A stretch of 62,950 nucleotides of DNA, the filler included, from Nemertoderma westbladi (lineage: Eukaryota; Animalia; Xenacoelomorpha), in the NCBI GenBank assembly GCA_032718475.1. It is 3 parts of 3 records of this genome, joined end to end, with 100 filler letters (N's around TTAATTAATTAA, not from the genome) between each part and the next. Parts side by side here need not be neighbours in the genome. Positions count along the whole stretch, not along the records: positions 1 to 29,428 come from JAUCBJ010008425.1; 2 more parts are not named here. One strand, 5' to 3'. The notes under the pieces were generated by a model that was not told the origin of the DNA, did not search any database, and saw only the letters and a list, made by a program, of their open reading frames with translations. A program made the translations under genes and the position numbers. This document shows, one piece after another, positions 1-11,406 of the stretch (its first letter is position 1; every line of letters starts with the position of its first letter).

Positions 1-786
1 GACCTTACCGCTTATGGCTGCCCCAACTTACTAACGGCACTTGATCAGACCAACTCTACACACGCAGCAATCCCTTCAGACCTAAAAATAGCTAGGCAAC
101 AATCCAGCCTACAAATATTTGAGTAATAACTATTACGGTACCTGAACAGACCACACAAACAAACACAGGCTAAAACACTGGCAGACTACGATCAAGCCTA
201 GATAAACTACAGTATATGCAGACTCTGAAACTGTTAGTTAGTATGCGTGCTAACACGGTAGTACGACTTACTCTTTAAGAGGGGATTGACCTTACAGTTA
301 TGACTGCCCCAACTTACTAACGGCACTTTATCAGACAAACTCTACACACGCCGTAATCTCTCCAAACCCAACCACAGTCAGACAGCAGCTCAGCCTACAA
401 TTATCTGAACAATCTGAGCAGACTTACACGTCTTCAGCTCAATATTAACTTACTAGGAAATAAAACTGACAGAAATAAGTAAGCTCCAAAAGAAACAAGG
501 GGTGTACAGTCCCTAATCTCTTAAACAGCCTACCGGTATACAATAATCAAAATCGAATAATACTAAAAGTACTTGTACAGCAGTACCGGTACCGGTGATG
601 ACAGTTAGGCCTACTGACCTACAAAGTACCGGTTCAGTTTTACCGGTCACTACGGTATTTTGCAACCTTATTGCCTACTGCAATAAGATTGTAAACGGTT
701 ACTGTTCGACAGAACAGTATTTTACTGTATTTAATGCCTACACTTGCAACCTTATTGCTTACTGCAATAAGATTATAAACTGTTAC
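1..786 (-). mobile_element. 5' internal leader of an LTR retrotransposon (runs off the window start), non-coding, with a ~288-bp direct repeat
   Basis: Directly follows the LTR at 787-1993 on the minus strand (CA|GTAAC). Bases 1-70 repeat at ~289-355, and 661-706 repeat at 745-790. Confidence 0.6.
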
Positions 787-1993
787 TGTTCGCGCTTTTG
801 AAGACCTTTAGCAGTTTAACCTGCCAAATTTTATATGTCTTTTAGTTAATTAAAACCACTTTAGCATACGACAATAATTTATGCTAATACGCAAAACATT
901 AGCCGAAATCAGCCCATGCGCGATCATTCACCCGATGGATCTACACCCGGGAGACTGAATTCGGATGCTTGAATTGTATTATTACAGTGTAAGGTTGCAG
1001 TGTAAACTTACTGTATTATTCGATAGATCGTTATTAATTAATCTCTGACAGGTATTATTGGCTTTCGGGAAATATTAACAGTTCCTTTAGGACGTGGCGC
1101 TTTATCTATTTAAACAGAACTAGGACTTATACTAAACGCAACGATACTGCTTGGGATTGAAGTATAAAGCGTATTCTTTAGGAAATACTTTGTTACCAAT
1201 CACAATCATACACACTATTCTGCCGACAGTCAGTACATTTGATCACACATAAAGAGAGCAGTAATTGACTCACGTAGGGTCTGCTAAATAACATTGGATT
1301 CAATACACACCACATTAATATAAATCGCAATTGTTATGTATAGCCGGTCTCTCTAACCTGTAGTGTTATCAAGAAAATTGGGAATTGGGTGATTTATCCG
1401 TATTATCCAAATAGCGATATTTCCATCAACAAATATTTACAATTAATGACTGACGGTAAAATAACAGTACAAACAATATGATTAATGAGTTAGGTAACAG
1501 TTTATACTTTCGATAATTCAAGCAGTTTACGGTACAGCAGTATCTATCCAAAAATGCCGGTGTTTCTGGCTTAGACAGCAATAACAACAAAGTATCAAGA
1601 AAAAACAGTAAGACTGAACACTCTCCTTATGATCGGCAGAAAAGCTACACGTCGACAGGAAAAACCGCCCTGATTGGCCCAAGCCAAACAAAGAACCACG
1701 CGGCCAATGGCTGTTTCCATGTCAGCAACCAGCTGCTAGATGTCGTAATATGAATCATCACGGCTAAACTGTGAAAGGTGGTTGGTGCATTACAAGTTTT
1801 TTGTCTTACCATGTCCGCTAAAACACGTATATAGCAGAATGATTTTTATGTCCGTTAAAACACCTGTAAAGGTACCTTGCGGGCGAGGGGAATATATATA
1901 CAGTTAGGAAACCCTTTTTAGAGTATTCCAGCGCCTGGGGGGGAACTGGCCAGCAAAGGCAAACGTATCAGTTATCCCACAAAAGCTTTTACA
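787..1993 (-). mobile_element. 5' LTR (~1.2 kb) of an LTR retrotransposon, probably BEL/Pao-like
   Basis: Minus strand reads TGTAAAAGC...GCGAACA (TG..CA). Homologous at both ends to 26888-28150. Contains CCAAT boxes (~1672, ~1703) and an Inr-like GTGTTCAGT (1613-1621). The CA|GTAA junction matches that of the BEL element at 24021. Confidence 0.75.
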
Positions 1994-2238
1994 AAGACAG
2001 CGACAATTTCCTGACAAGGGGAGGATCGGGTAACAAACCTGAATTAGAAGTTGAAGAGGAGAAATTAGAGCCAACTGAAACTGAGGTGGAACAAGAAAAT
2101 GAAACTGAACTTGAGTCTGAGGTAACATATCCACCTGCCAAACTCCATCTCGGGGTACCAGATTCGTATCGCCTAGGCCGAGGTGATAGTGGAGGTGTAA
2201 GCAAGTCTGGAGAAGACGATGTGTTAGTAATGAACTGA
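1994..2238 (+). mobile_element. Acidic C-terminal ORF remnant, possibly a Gypsy pol tail, interrupted by the LTR
   Basis: Open frame KDSDNFLTRGGSGNKPELEVEEEKLEPTETE...VLVMN*, with no start codon, abutting the LTR boundary. Confidence 0.3.
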
Positions 2239-2479
2239 GCATAATATTTTATTACACAAGGAGGACAACATTATGTATGTATGTATCATTAACTATGTAT
2301 GTTTGATTTTGTCAGAGGTGTATGTCTGGTTGTACTGTACAGTATGTAGAAATGTCACATTGATACAGACCATGATGTGGTTGTCAAGTCTTCCCTGTTC
2401 CCTCCCATCGCATCGTTGGTGGCCTGTCCCCGCCTTGGTGCTGTGAAACCCATTGAATCTATTACAGAACATACTTCAT

Positions 2480-3130
2480 CTGTCCAGGATTTGGAATAAC
2501 ATAGAAGAAAATGAGATCTCAAGGTTCGTTCATTTAGAGCAGCAGTAGAGGCCATTATTTGACTAAATGCGGAGGAGACAAAGCAGATAGAGGGGGGGGG
2601 GGGGGGGGGGGGGGTTGAAGAAACTGGACGCAATAAAAATTCATCCCACTCCAGGGGAAATTGGACGCCAATAACAGAAACACTCAAAAATAAACTCTCA
2701 AAAACACTCTCACAATTAAACTGTAACCTGTTCTATTGTGTTTAGTTTATTGTTTTGGTTAAAATAACGTGCCACTGTAACCTGCTCCTTTCCCTAAATT
2801 GAGAAATGAAAATTGAGGCGGGATTTTAATTCGACAAGGCGGGTGTTGCGTCCAGTTGCCCCCTTCCCCCTGTCTCAAGACAAAGTTACAAAGCTACACC
2901 GCACCAGGTTCATTCTGTCAAGTACGATGAACATACAGTATCTGCAATCAGACCCTATCCAGCATTGGGGCGGTCTTATTAGTCCCGCCAAGCTAAGTAC
3001 TTGAACAAAGCCGCCTCCGCTTTGTAGCACATTGATTTCGCGGTGAGGATCATCCAGTGCACAATCTTGTGCTTTGGCAGCCCCATGGAGAAAATAAGCA
3101 TGGTGGACGGCCCATGACTTTTGTGACAGC
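2480..3130 (+). mobile_element. Degenerate RTE-clade LINE 3' fragment, split by a MITE
   Basis: Nucleotide similarity to 41580-41960 (tccaggatttggaa, tttagagcagcagtag, cgcctccgctttg, tttggcagcc, aataagcatggtggac). Confidence 0.75.
2584..2877. mobile_element. MITE with inverted G-tract+AACTGGACGCAA ends and 8-bp TSD (hAT-like)
   Basis: AACTGGACGCAA (2622) and TTGCGTCCAGTT (2846-2857). AGACAAAG is duplicated at 2576-2583 and 2878-2885. Related copies at 29529-29700 (-) and 51206-51401 (+). Confidence 0.7.
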
Positions 3131-3440
3131 TACTTCCTACATACCGCCACTGGGAGCTGAGACGCTCCCATTGGTCAACAGTCGATGACTCATCATTAAC
3201 ATCTAACTCGGCCTCCTCTGATGTTCATCATTAACGGCCTCCAACTTCGTCACTATGAACCCTAACTTTAACCAAGGACTTCTAGAACATAGAATAATAT
3301 ATACTATGTTATAGAAGTCCTTGCAGAATGAATGCCAGGGTTGAGCTAGGCTGCAGCATTTAATGTAATGTTCCCAAAGGTTTAGGATCAAGGCGTCTGA
3401 TTCGAATTCTAAATATTAATTTCATAATTATTTATTTTAG

Positions 3441-3843
3441 GAACGATCATCACGGTCACCATGGCAAGAAGGGGAAGTTGATGCAGGGCATCTCGGTGAA
3501 AATTGGTAAACTTAACATGGTGTTTAATAACCGACGTGGCGGAAAGCGACCTAAATCTGATTGATAAACTCCGGTGTTGGTGAACTTTCCTCAGTGTTTG
3601 ATATCAGTATCTGTACTGTATGTAACAAAAGGTGAAATATAGTATGGATTGTAATAGGACTAATAGAAGCAAACTTGTAATGCGAGTAATAATGTTACGG
3701 TGTCAGGAAATTCAAAAAACAATATATGAGAGTCAATAACACACACGCTTCCTTTTCATTTTGGTAACAATCTGCTACACAATAACTGAATTAATTTGTA
3801 ATTATTTATCAGGGGAAGGTTTCTTGCAAAAGGAGTTTGTTGG
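3441..3843 (+). other. Two putative orphan exons (3441-3505, 3813-3843) of an unidentified gene or pseudogene
   Basis: T-rich acceptors ttattttag| and atttatcag|, donors |gtaaac and |gtaagc. The spliced product is open in two frames (e.g. NDHHGHHGKKGKLMQGISVKIGEGFLQKEFVG). No homolog recognised. Confidence 0.4.
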
Positions 3844-6800
3844 GTAAGCTACCTGGAGCGAGGTTTGATGGCTAAGCTACCTGAAGCGAGGTTTGTTGGG
3901 TAAGCTATACAGTGCAAGGTTTGTATGCTAAGCTTCCTGGAGCGAGGTTTGTTAGGTAAGCTACCCGGAGCGAGGTTTGTTGGGTAAGCTACCCGGAGCG
4001 AGGTTTGTTGGCTAATCTACCTGGAGCGAGGTTTGTTAGGTAAGCTATACGGAGCGAGGTTTGTTGGGTAAGCTACCCAGAGCGAGGTTTGTTGGGTAAG
4101 CTACCCAGTGCGAGGTTTGTTGGGTAAGCTACCTGGAGGGAGGTTTGTTGGGTAAGCTACTGAGATTGAGGTTTGTTGGGTAAGCTACCCCGAGCGAGGT
4201 TTGTTGGGTAAGCTACCCCGAGCGAGGTTTGTTGGGTAAGCTACCTAGATTGAGGTTTGTTGGGTATGCTACCCAGAGGCAGGTTTGTTAGGTAAGCTAC
4301 CTGGAGCGTAGCGAGGTTTGTTGGGTAAGCTACCTGGATTGAGGTTTGTTGGGTAAGCTACCTGGAGCGAGGTTTGTTGGGTAAGCTACCTGGATGCGAG
4401 GTTTGTTGGGTAAGCTACCTGGAGCGAGGTTTGTTGGGTAAGCTACCCAGAGCGAGGTTTGTTGGGTAAGCTACCCAGTGCGAGGTTTGTTGGGTAAGCT
4501 ACCTGGAGGGAGGTTTGTTGGGTAAGCTTCTGAGATTGAGGTTTGTTGGGTAAGCTACCCCGAGCGAGGTTTGTTGGGTAAGCTACCCCGAGCGAGGTTT
4601 GTTGGGTAAGCTACCTAGATTGAGGTTTGTTGGGTATGCTACCCAGAGGCAGGTTTGTTAGGTAAGCTACCTGGAGCGTAGCGAGGTTTGTTGGGTAAGC
4701 TACCTGGATTGAGGTTTGTTGGGTAAGCTACCTGGAGCGAGGTTTGTTGGGTAAGCTACCTGGATGCGAGGTTTGTTGGGTAAGCTACCTGGAGCGAGGT
4801 TTGTTGGGTAAGCTACCTGGAGGGAGGTTTGTTGAGTAAGGTACACGGAGCGAGGTTTATTGGGTAAGCTACCTGGAGGGAGGTTTTTTGGGTAAGCTAC
4901 CTGGAGCGAGGTTTGTTGGGTAAGCTACATGGATTGAGGTTTGATGGGTAAGTTACCTGGAGGGAGGTTTGTTGGGTAAGCTACCCAGAGCGTGGTTTGT
5001 TGGCTAAGCTATTCGGAGCGAGGTTTGTTGGGTAAGCTACCCGGAGCGAGGTTTGTTGGCTAAGCTACCTGGAGCGAGGTTTGTTAGGTAAGCTACCCGG
5101 AGCGAGGTTTGTTGTGTAAGCTACCCGGAGCGAGGTTTGTTGGCTAAGCTACCTGGAGCGAGGTTTGTTAGGTAAGCTACCCGGAGCGAGGTTTGTTGGG
5201 TAAGCTACCCAGAGCGAGATTTGTTGGGTAAGCTACCCAGAGCGAGGTTTGTTTGGAAAGCTACCTGGAGGGAGGTTTTTTGGGTAAGCACCTAGATTGA
5301 GGTTTGTTAGGTAAGCTACCTAGATTGAGGTTTGTTGGGTAAGCTACCCCTAGCGAGGTTTGTTGGGTAAGCTACCTGGAGGGAGGTTTGTTGGGTAAGC
5401 TACCTGGATTGAGGTTTGTTGGGTAAGCTACCCGGAGCAAGGTTTGTTGGGTAAGTTACCAGGAGCGAGGTTTGTTGGCTAAGCTACCCGGAGGGAGGTT
5501 TGGTGGGAAAGTTACAGTATCTGGAGCGAGGTTTGTTGGGTAAACTACCTGGAGGGAGGTTTGTTGGGTAAGCTACCTGGAGCGAGGTTTGTTGGGTAAG
5601 CTACCCGGAGCGAGGTTTGTTAGGTAAGCTACCCCGAGCGAGGTTTGTTGGGTAAGCTACCTGGATTGAGGTTTGTTGGGTAAGCTACCCAGAGCGAGGT
5701 TTGTTGTGTAAGTTACCAGGAGAGAGGTTTGTTGGCTAAGCTACCTGGAGGGAGGTTTGTTGGGAAAGCTACAGTACCTGGAGCGAGGTTTGTTGGGTAA
5801 ACTACCTGGAGGGAGGATTGTTGGGTAAGCTACCCGGAGCGACGTTTGTTGGGTAAGTTACCTGGAGCGAGGTTTGTTGGATAAGCTACCTGGATTGAGG
5901 TTTGTTGGGTAAGCTACCTGGAGCGAGGTTTGTTGGGTCAGCTACCTGGAGGGAGGTTTGTTGGGTAAGCTACACGGAGCGAGGTTTATTGGGTAAGCTA
6001 CCTGGAGGGAGGTTTGTTGGGTAAGCTACCAGGAGCGAGGTTTGTTGGGTAAGCTACATGGATTGAGGTTTGATGGGTAAGTTACCTGGAGGGAGGTTTG
6101 TTGGGTAAGCTAAACAGTGCAAGGTTTGTATGCTAAGCTTCCTGGAGCGAGGTTTGTTAGGTAAGCTACCCGGAGCGTGGCTTGTTGGGTAAGCTACGCA
6201 GAGCGAGGTTTTTTGGGTAAGCTACCTGGAGGGAGGTTTGTTGGCTAAGCTACTCGGAGCGAGGTTTGTTGGGTAAGCTACCCGGAGCGAGGTTTATTGG
6301 GTAAGCTACCTGGAGGAAGGGTTGTTGGGTAAGCTACCTGGATTGAGGTTTGTTGGGTAAGCTACCTGGAGGTAGGTTTGTTGGGTAAGCTACCTGGATT
6401 GAGGTTTGTCGGGTAAGCTACCTGGAGCGAGGTTTGTTGGGTAAGCTGCCTGGAGCGACGTTTGTTGGGTAAGCTACCAGGAGAGTGGTTTGTTGGGTAT
6501 GCTACCTGGAGCGAGGTTTGTTGGGTAAGCTACCTGGATTGAGGTTTGTTGGGTAAGCGACCTGGAGGGAGGTTTGTTGGTTAAGCTACCCGGAGCGAGG
6601 TTTGTTGGGTATGCTACCTGGATTGAGGTTTGTTGGGTAAGCTACCTGGAGGGAGGTTTGTTGGGTAAGCTACTTGGATTGAGGTTTATCGGGTAAGCTA
6701 CCTGGAGCGAGGTTTGTTGGGTAAGCTGCCTGGAGCGAGGTTTGTTGGGTAAGCTACCAGGAGCGAGGTTTGTTGGGTAAGCTACCTGGAGGGAGGTTTG

Positions 6801-9800
6801 TTGGGTAAGCTACGTGGATTGAGGTTTGTCGGGTAAGCTACCTGGAGCGAGGTTTGTTGGGTAAGCTGCCTGGAGCAACGTTTGTTGGGTAAGCTACCAG
6901 GAGCGAAGTTTGTTGGGTATGATACCTGGAGCGAGGTTTGTTGGGTAAGCTATGGATTGAGGTTTGTTGGGTAAGCTACCTGGAGGAAGGTTTGTTGGTT
7001 AAGCTACCAGGAGCGAGGTTTGTAGGGTATGCTACCTGGAGCGAGGTTTGTTGGGTTAGCTACCTGGAGGGAGGTTTGTTGGGTAAGCTACCTGGATTGA
7101 GGTTTGTCGGGTAAGCTTCCTGTAGCGAGGTTTGTTGGGTAAGCTGCCTGGAGCGACGTTTGTTGGGTAAGCTACCAGGAGCGAGGTTTGTTGGGTATGC
7201 TACCTGGAGCGAGGTTTGTTGGCTAAGCTACTCGGAGCGAGGTTTGTTGGGTAAGCTACCTGGAGGGAGGTTTGTTGGGTAAGCTACCTGGAGTGAGGTT
7301 TGTTGGTTAAGCTACCCGGAGCGAGGTTTGTTGGGTAAGCTACCTGGAGGGAGGTTTGTTGGGTAAGCTACCTGGATTGAGGTTTGTCGGGTAAGCTTCC
7401 TGGAGCGAGGTTTGTTGGGTAAGCTGCCTGGAGCGACGTTTGTTGGGTAAGCTACCAGGAGCGAGGTTTGTTGGGTATGCGACCTGGAGCGAGGTTTGTT
7501 GGCTAAGCTACTCGGAGCGAGGTTTGTTGGGTATGCTACCTGGAGCGAGGTTTGTTGGGTAAGCTACCTGGAGGGAGGTTTGTTGGGTAAGCTACCTGGA
7601 TTGAGGTTTGTCGGGTAAGCTTCCTGGAGCGAGGTTTGTTGGGAAAGCTGCCTGGAGCGACGTTTGTTGGGTAAGCTACCAGGAGCGAGGTTTGTTGGGT
7701 ATGCTACCTGGAGCGAGGTTTGTTGGCTAAGCTACTCGGAGCGAGGTTTGTTGGGTAAGCTACCTGGAGGGAGGTTTGTTGGGTAAGCTACCTGGAGTGA
7801 GGTTTGTTGGTTAAGCTACCCGGAGCGAGGTTTGTTGGGTAAGCTACCTGGAGGGAGGTTTGTTGGGTAAGCTACCTGGATTGAGGTTTGTCGGGTAAGC
7901 TTCCTGGAGCGAGGTTTGTTGGGTAAGCTGCCTGGAGCGACGTTTGTTGGGTAAGCTACCAGGAGCGAGGTTTGTTGGGTATGCTACCTGGAGCGAGGAT
8001 TGTTGGCTAAGCTACTCGGAGCGAGGTTTGTTGGGTAAGCTACCTGGAGCGAGGTTTGTTGGGTAAGCTACCTGGATTGTGGTTTGTTGGTAAGCTTCTC
8101 GGAGCGAGGTTTGTTGGGTAGGCTACCCGGAGCGAGGTTTGTTGGGTAAGCTACCTGGATTGAGGTTTGTTGGGTAAGCTACCTGGAGGGAGGTTTGTTG
8201 GGTAAGCTACCTGGATTGAGGTTTGTCGGGTAAGCTACCTGGAGCGAGGTTTGTTGGGTAAGCTTCCTGGAGCGACGTTTGTTGGGTAAGCTACCAGGAG
8301 CGAGGTTTGTTGGGTATGCTACCTGGAGCGAGGTTTGTTGGGTAAGCTACCTGGAACGAGGTTTGTTGGGTAAGCTACCTGGATTGTGGTTTGTTGGTAA
8401 GCTACCCGGAGCGAGGTTTGTTGGGTAGGCTACCCGGAGCGAGGTTTGTTGGGTGAGCTACCTGGAGGGAGGTTTGTTGGGTAAGCTACCTGGAGGGAGG
8501 TTTGTTGGGTAAGCTACCCGGAGCGAGGTTTGTTGGGTAAGCTACCTGGAGCGAGGTTTGTTGGGTAGGCTACCCGGAGCGAGGTTTGTTGGGTAAGCTA
8601 CCTGGAGGGAGGTTTGTTGGGTAAGCTACCTGGAGCGAGGTTTGTTGGGTAAGCTACCTGGAGCGAGGTTTGTTGTGTAAGCTACCTGGATTGTGGTTTG
8701 TTGGTAAGCTACCCTGAGCGAGGTTTGTTGGGTAGGCTACCCGGAGCGAGGTTTGTTGGGTAAGCTACCTGGAGGGAGGTTTGTTGGGTAAGCTACCCGG
8801 AGCGAGGTTTGTTGGGTAAGCTACCTGGAGGGAGGTTTGTTGGGTAAGCTACCTGGAGGGAGGTTTGTTGGGTAAGCTACCCGGAGCGAGGTTTGTTGGG
8901 TAAGCTACCTGGAGCGAGGTTTGTTGGGTAAGCTACCTGGATTGTGGTTTGTTGGTAAGCTACCCGGAGCGAGGTTTGTTGGGTAGGCTACCCGAAGCGA
9001 GGGTTTGTTGGGTAAGCTACCTGGAGGGAGGTTTATTGGATAAGCTACCTGGATTGTGGTTTGTTGGTAAGCTACCCGGAGCGAGGTTTGTTGGGTAGGC
9101 TACCTGGAGGGAGGTTTGTTGGGTAAGCTACCTGGAGGGAAATTTGTTGGTTAAGCTACCTGGATTGTAGTTTGTTGGTAAGCTACCCGGAGCGAAGTTT
9201 GTTGGGTAAGCTACCTGGAGGGAGGTTTGTTGGGTAAGCTACGTGGAGGGAGGTTTGTTGGGTAAGCTACCCGGAGCGAGGTTTGTTGGGTAAGCCACCT
9301 GGAGCGAGGTTTGTTGGGTAAGCTACCTGGATTGTGGTTTGTTGGTAAGCTACCCGGAGCGAGGTTTGTTGGGTATGCTACCTGGAGCGAGGTTTGTTGG
9401 GTAAGCTACCTGGAGCGTGGTTTGTTGGGTAAGCTACCTGGATTGTGGTTTGTTGGTAAGCTACCCGGAGCGAGGTTTGTTGGGTAGGCTACCCGGAGCG
9501 AGGTTTGTTGGGTAAGCTACCTGGAGGGAGGTTTGTTGGGTAAGCTACCTAGAGGGAGGTTTGTTGGGTAAGCTACCCGGAGCGAGGTTTGTTGGGTAAG
9601 CTACCTGGAGCGAGGTTTGTTGGGTAGGCTACCCGGAGCGAGGTTTGTTGGGTAAGCTACCTGGAGGGAGGTTTGTTGGGTAAGCTACCTGGAGCGAGGT
9701 TTGTTGGGTAAGCTACCTGGAGCGAGGTTTGTTGGGTAAGCTACCTGGATTGTGGTTTGTTGGTAAGCTACCCGGAGCGAGGTTTGTTGGGTAGGCTACC

Positions 9801-10223
9801 CGGAGCGAGGTTTGTTGGGTAAGCTACCTGGAGGGAGGTTTGTTGGGTAAGCTACCCGGAGCGAGGTTTGTTGGGTAAGCTACCTGGAGGGAGGTTTGTT
9901 GGGTAAGCTACCTGGAGGGAGGTTTGTTGGGTAAGCTACCCAGAGCGAGGTTTGTTGGGTAAGCTACCCGGAGCGAGGTTTGTTGGGTAGGCTACCCGGA
10001 GCGAGGTTTGTTGGGTAAGCTACCTGGAGGGAGGTTTGTTGGGTAAGCTACCTGGAGGGAGGTTTGTTGGGTAAGCTACCCGGAGCGAGGTTTGTTGGGT
10101 AAGCTACCCGGAGCGAGGATTGTTGGGTAAGCTACCTGGAGGGAGGTTTGTTGGGTAAGCTACCTGGAGGGAGGTTTGTTGGGTAAGCTACCCGGAGCGA
10201 GGTTTGTTGGGTAAGCTACCTGG
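3833..10223 (+). repeat. Tandem satellite, 28-bp unit GAGGTTTGTTGGGTAAGCTACCTGGAGC, ~228 copies, with higher-order structure
   Basis: Continuous array with variant monomers (…GGAGC, …GGAGG, …GGATT, 27-bp variants). A 370-bp block is duplicated (4261 vs 4631). Confidence 0.98.
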
Positions 10224-11406
10224 CTCCTCGATCAATTCATCGCAGGCTTCGGCGACAAAGAGGTGACCGAGCAACTCCTCCGCCTGCCTCCAGACAGCTA
10301 TATCACGGATGCCCTCCGCCTCGCGCAGACTGTCTGGACTGCCCGCAAGGACGCCGCCTCCATGTCGTGGAGCGGGGTACCCGCAACCGCTCCCACGGCG
10401 CCCTCGGCTGCCAGGGCGACGGCGCAACAGCAGCCGCCGGCCCGGGCCCCGCCGCGATCAACCACCCACACGCTGCCCACAGTGCGGGTTCCCCCCACAT
10501 AACGCGGGAGCCCGTTGCCCCGGCGCCGATGCCCGCTGTCGCCACTGCAACACAGTCGGGCACTACTATCGGATGTGCCCCCGCCGCCCCCAGACCAATG
10601 CAGCCGACGGGCCCGCCACCGATTACGACGACGATCTGGTCAATCCTCGCCGGTCCCGAACTTTACGACGCCCCCACCGTCTCCTCCATTGAACAGTTGG
10701 AGTCCCTCGAGACGGTGACACTGGGATTCTAGGTCACTAAGAACCCCAGTTTCGGAATCACCGAACTCCAGTTCCTCCCAGATTCCGGTGCCAACATTAC
10801 GGCGATTCCCTTTCAGATCTACTCAGCCTTCGGGGGGAAAGTCGAGAACCTCCGGAACTCCAACCCGCCGCCCCAACCACCTAAACTTGCCAACGGTAGT
10901 CGAGCGGGTTGGGTTTTTAAGGGAGTATTCGGCGCCACCATCCAGTGCCATGCATTGCACACTGCCTGCACCACGGATGTCTGGGTCCTGGATGGCCTCC
11001 ACCAACCACTGCTACCCAGGAAGGCCTGCTTCACCCTCGGGATCCTGTGGAGCCCCATCCTCCGGGGTGGGCGGGGGCCACCAGACGCCCCCACTAGGCA
11101 GTGTGCGAACCAGCTACTGGCCATGCCACCGCCCACGCCACCGACCACGCCACCAGCACAACCACCGCCAACCCCACCAACACCGATACCAATGCCAACA
11201 CTGCCACCCAACGCGACCCAGATCTGGGAAACCCTGGTTACCCAGTACCCCCCCCCCCCCCTCTCTGGGAACTGTAGGGTTATGGCCAGGGGGATATAAC
11301 CATAAAACTGCTCCCGGACGCCAAACCATCGTTCCAGTACTCCAACCGCCCCATACCGGCCAACCTGGAGGATGCATTCGACAGGGAGCTCAGCGACCAG
11401 GTTGCC

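Noticed and set aside
3833-10223. CRISPR array
   Set aside because: Head-to-tail monomers with no unique spacers, no cas genes, eukaryotic context.
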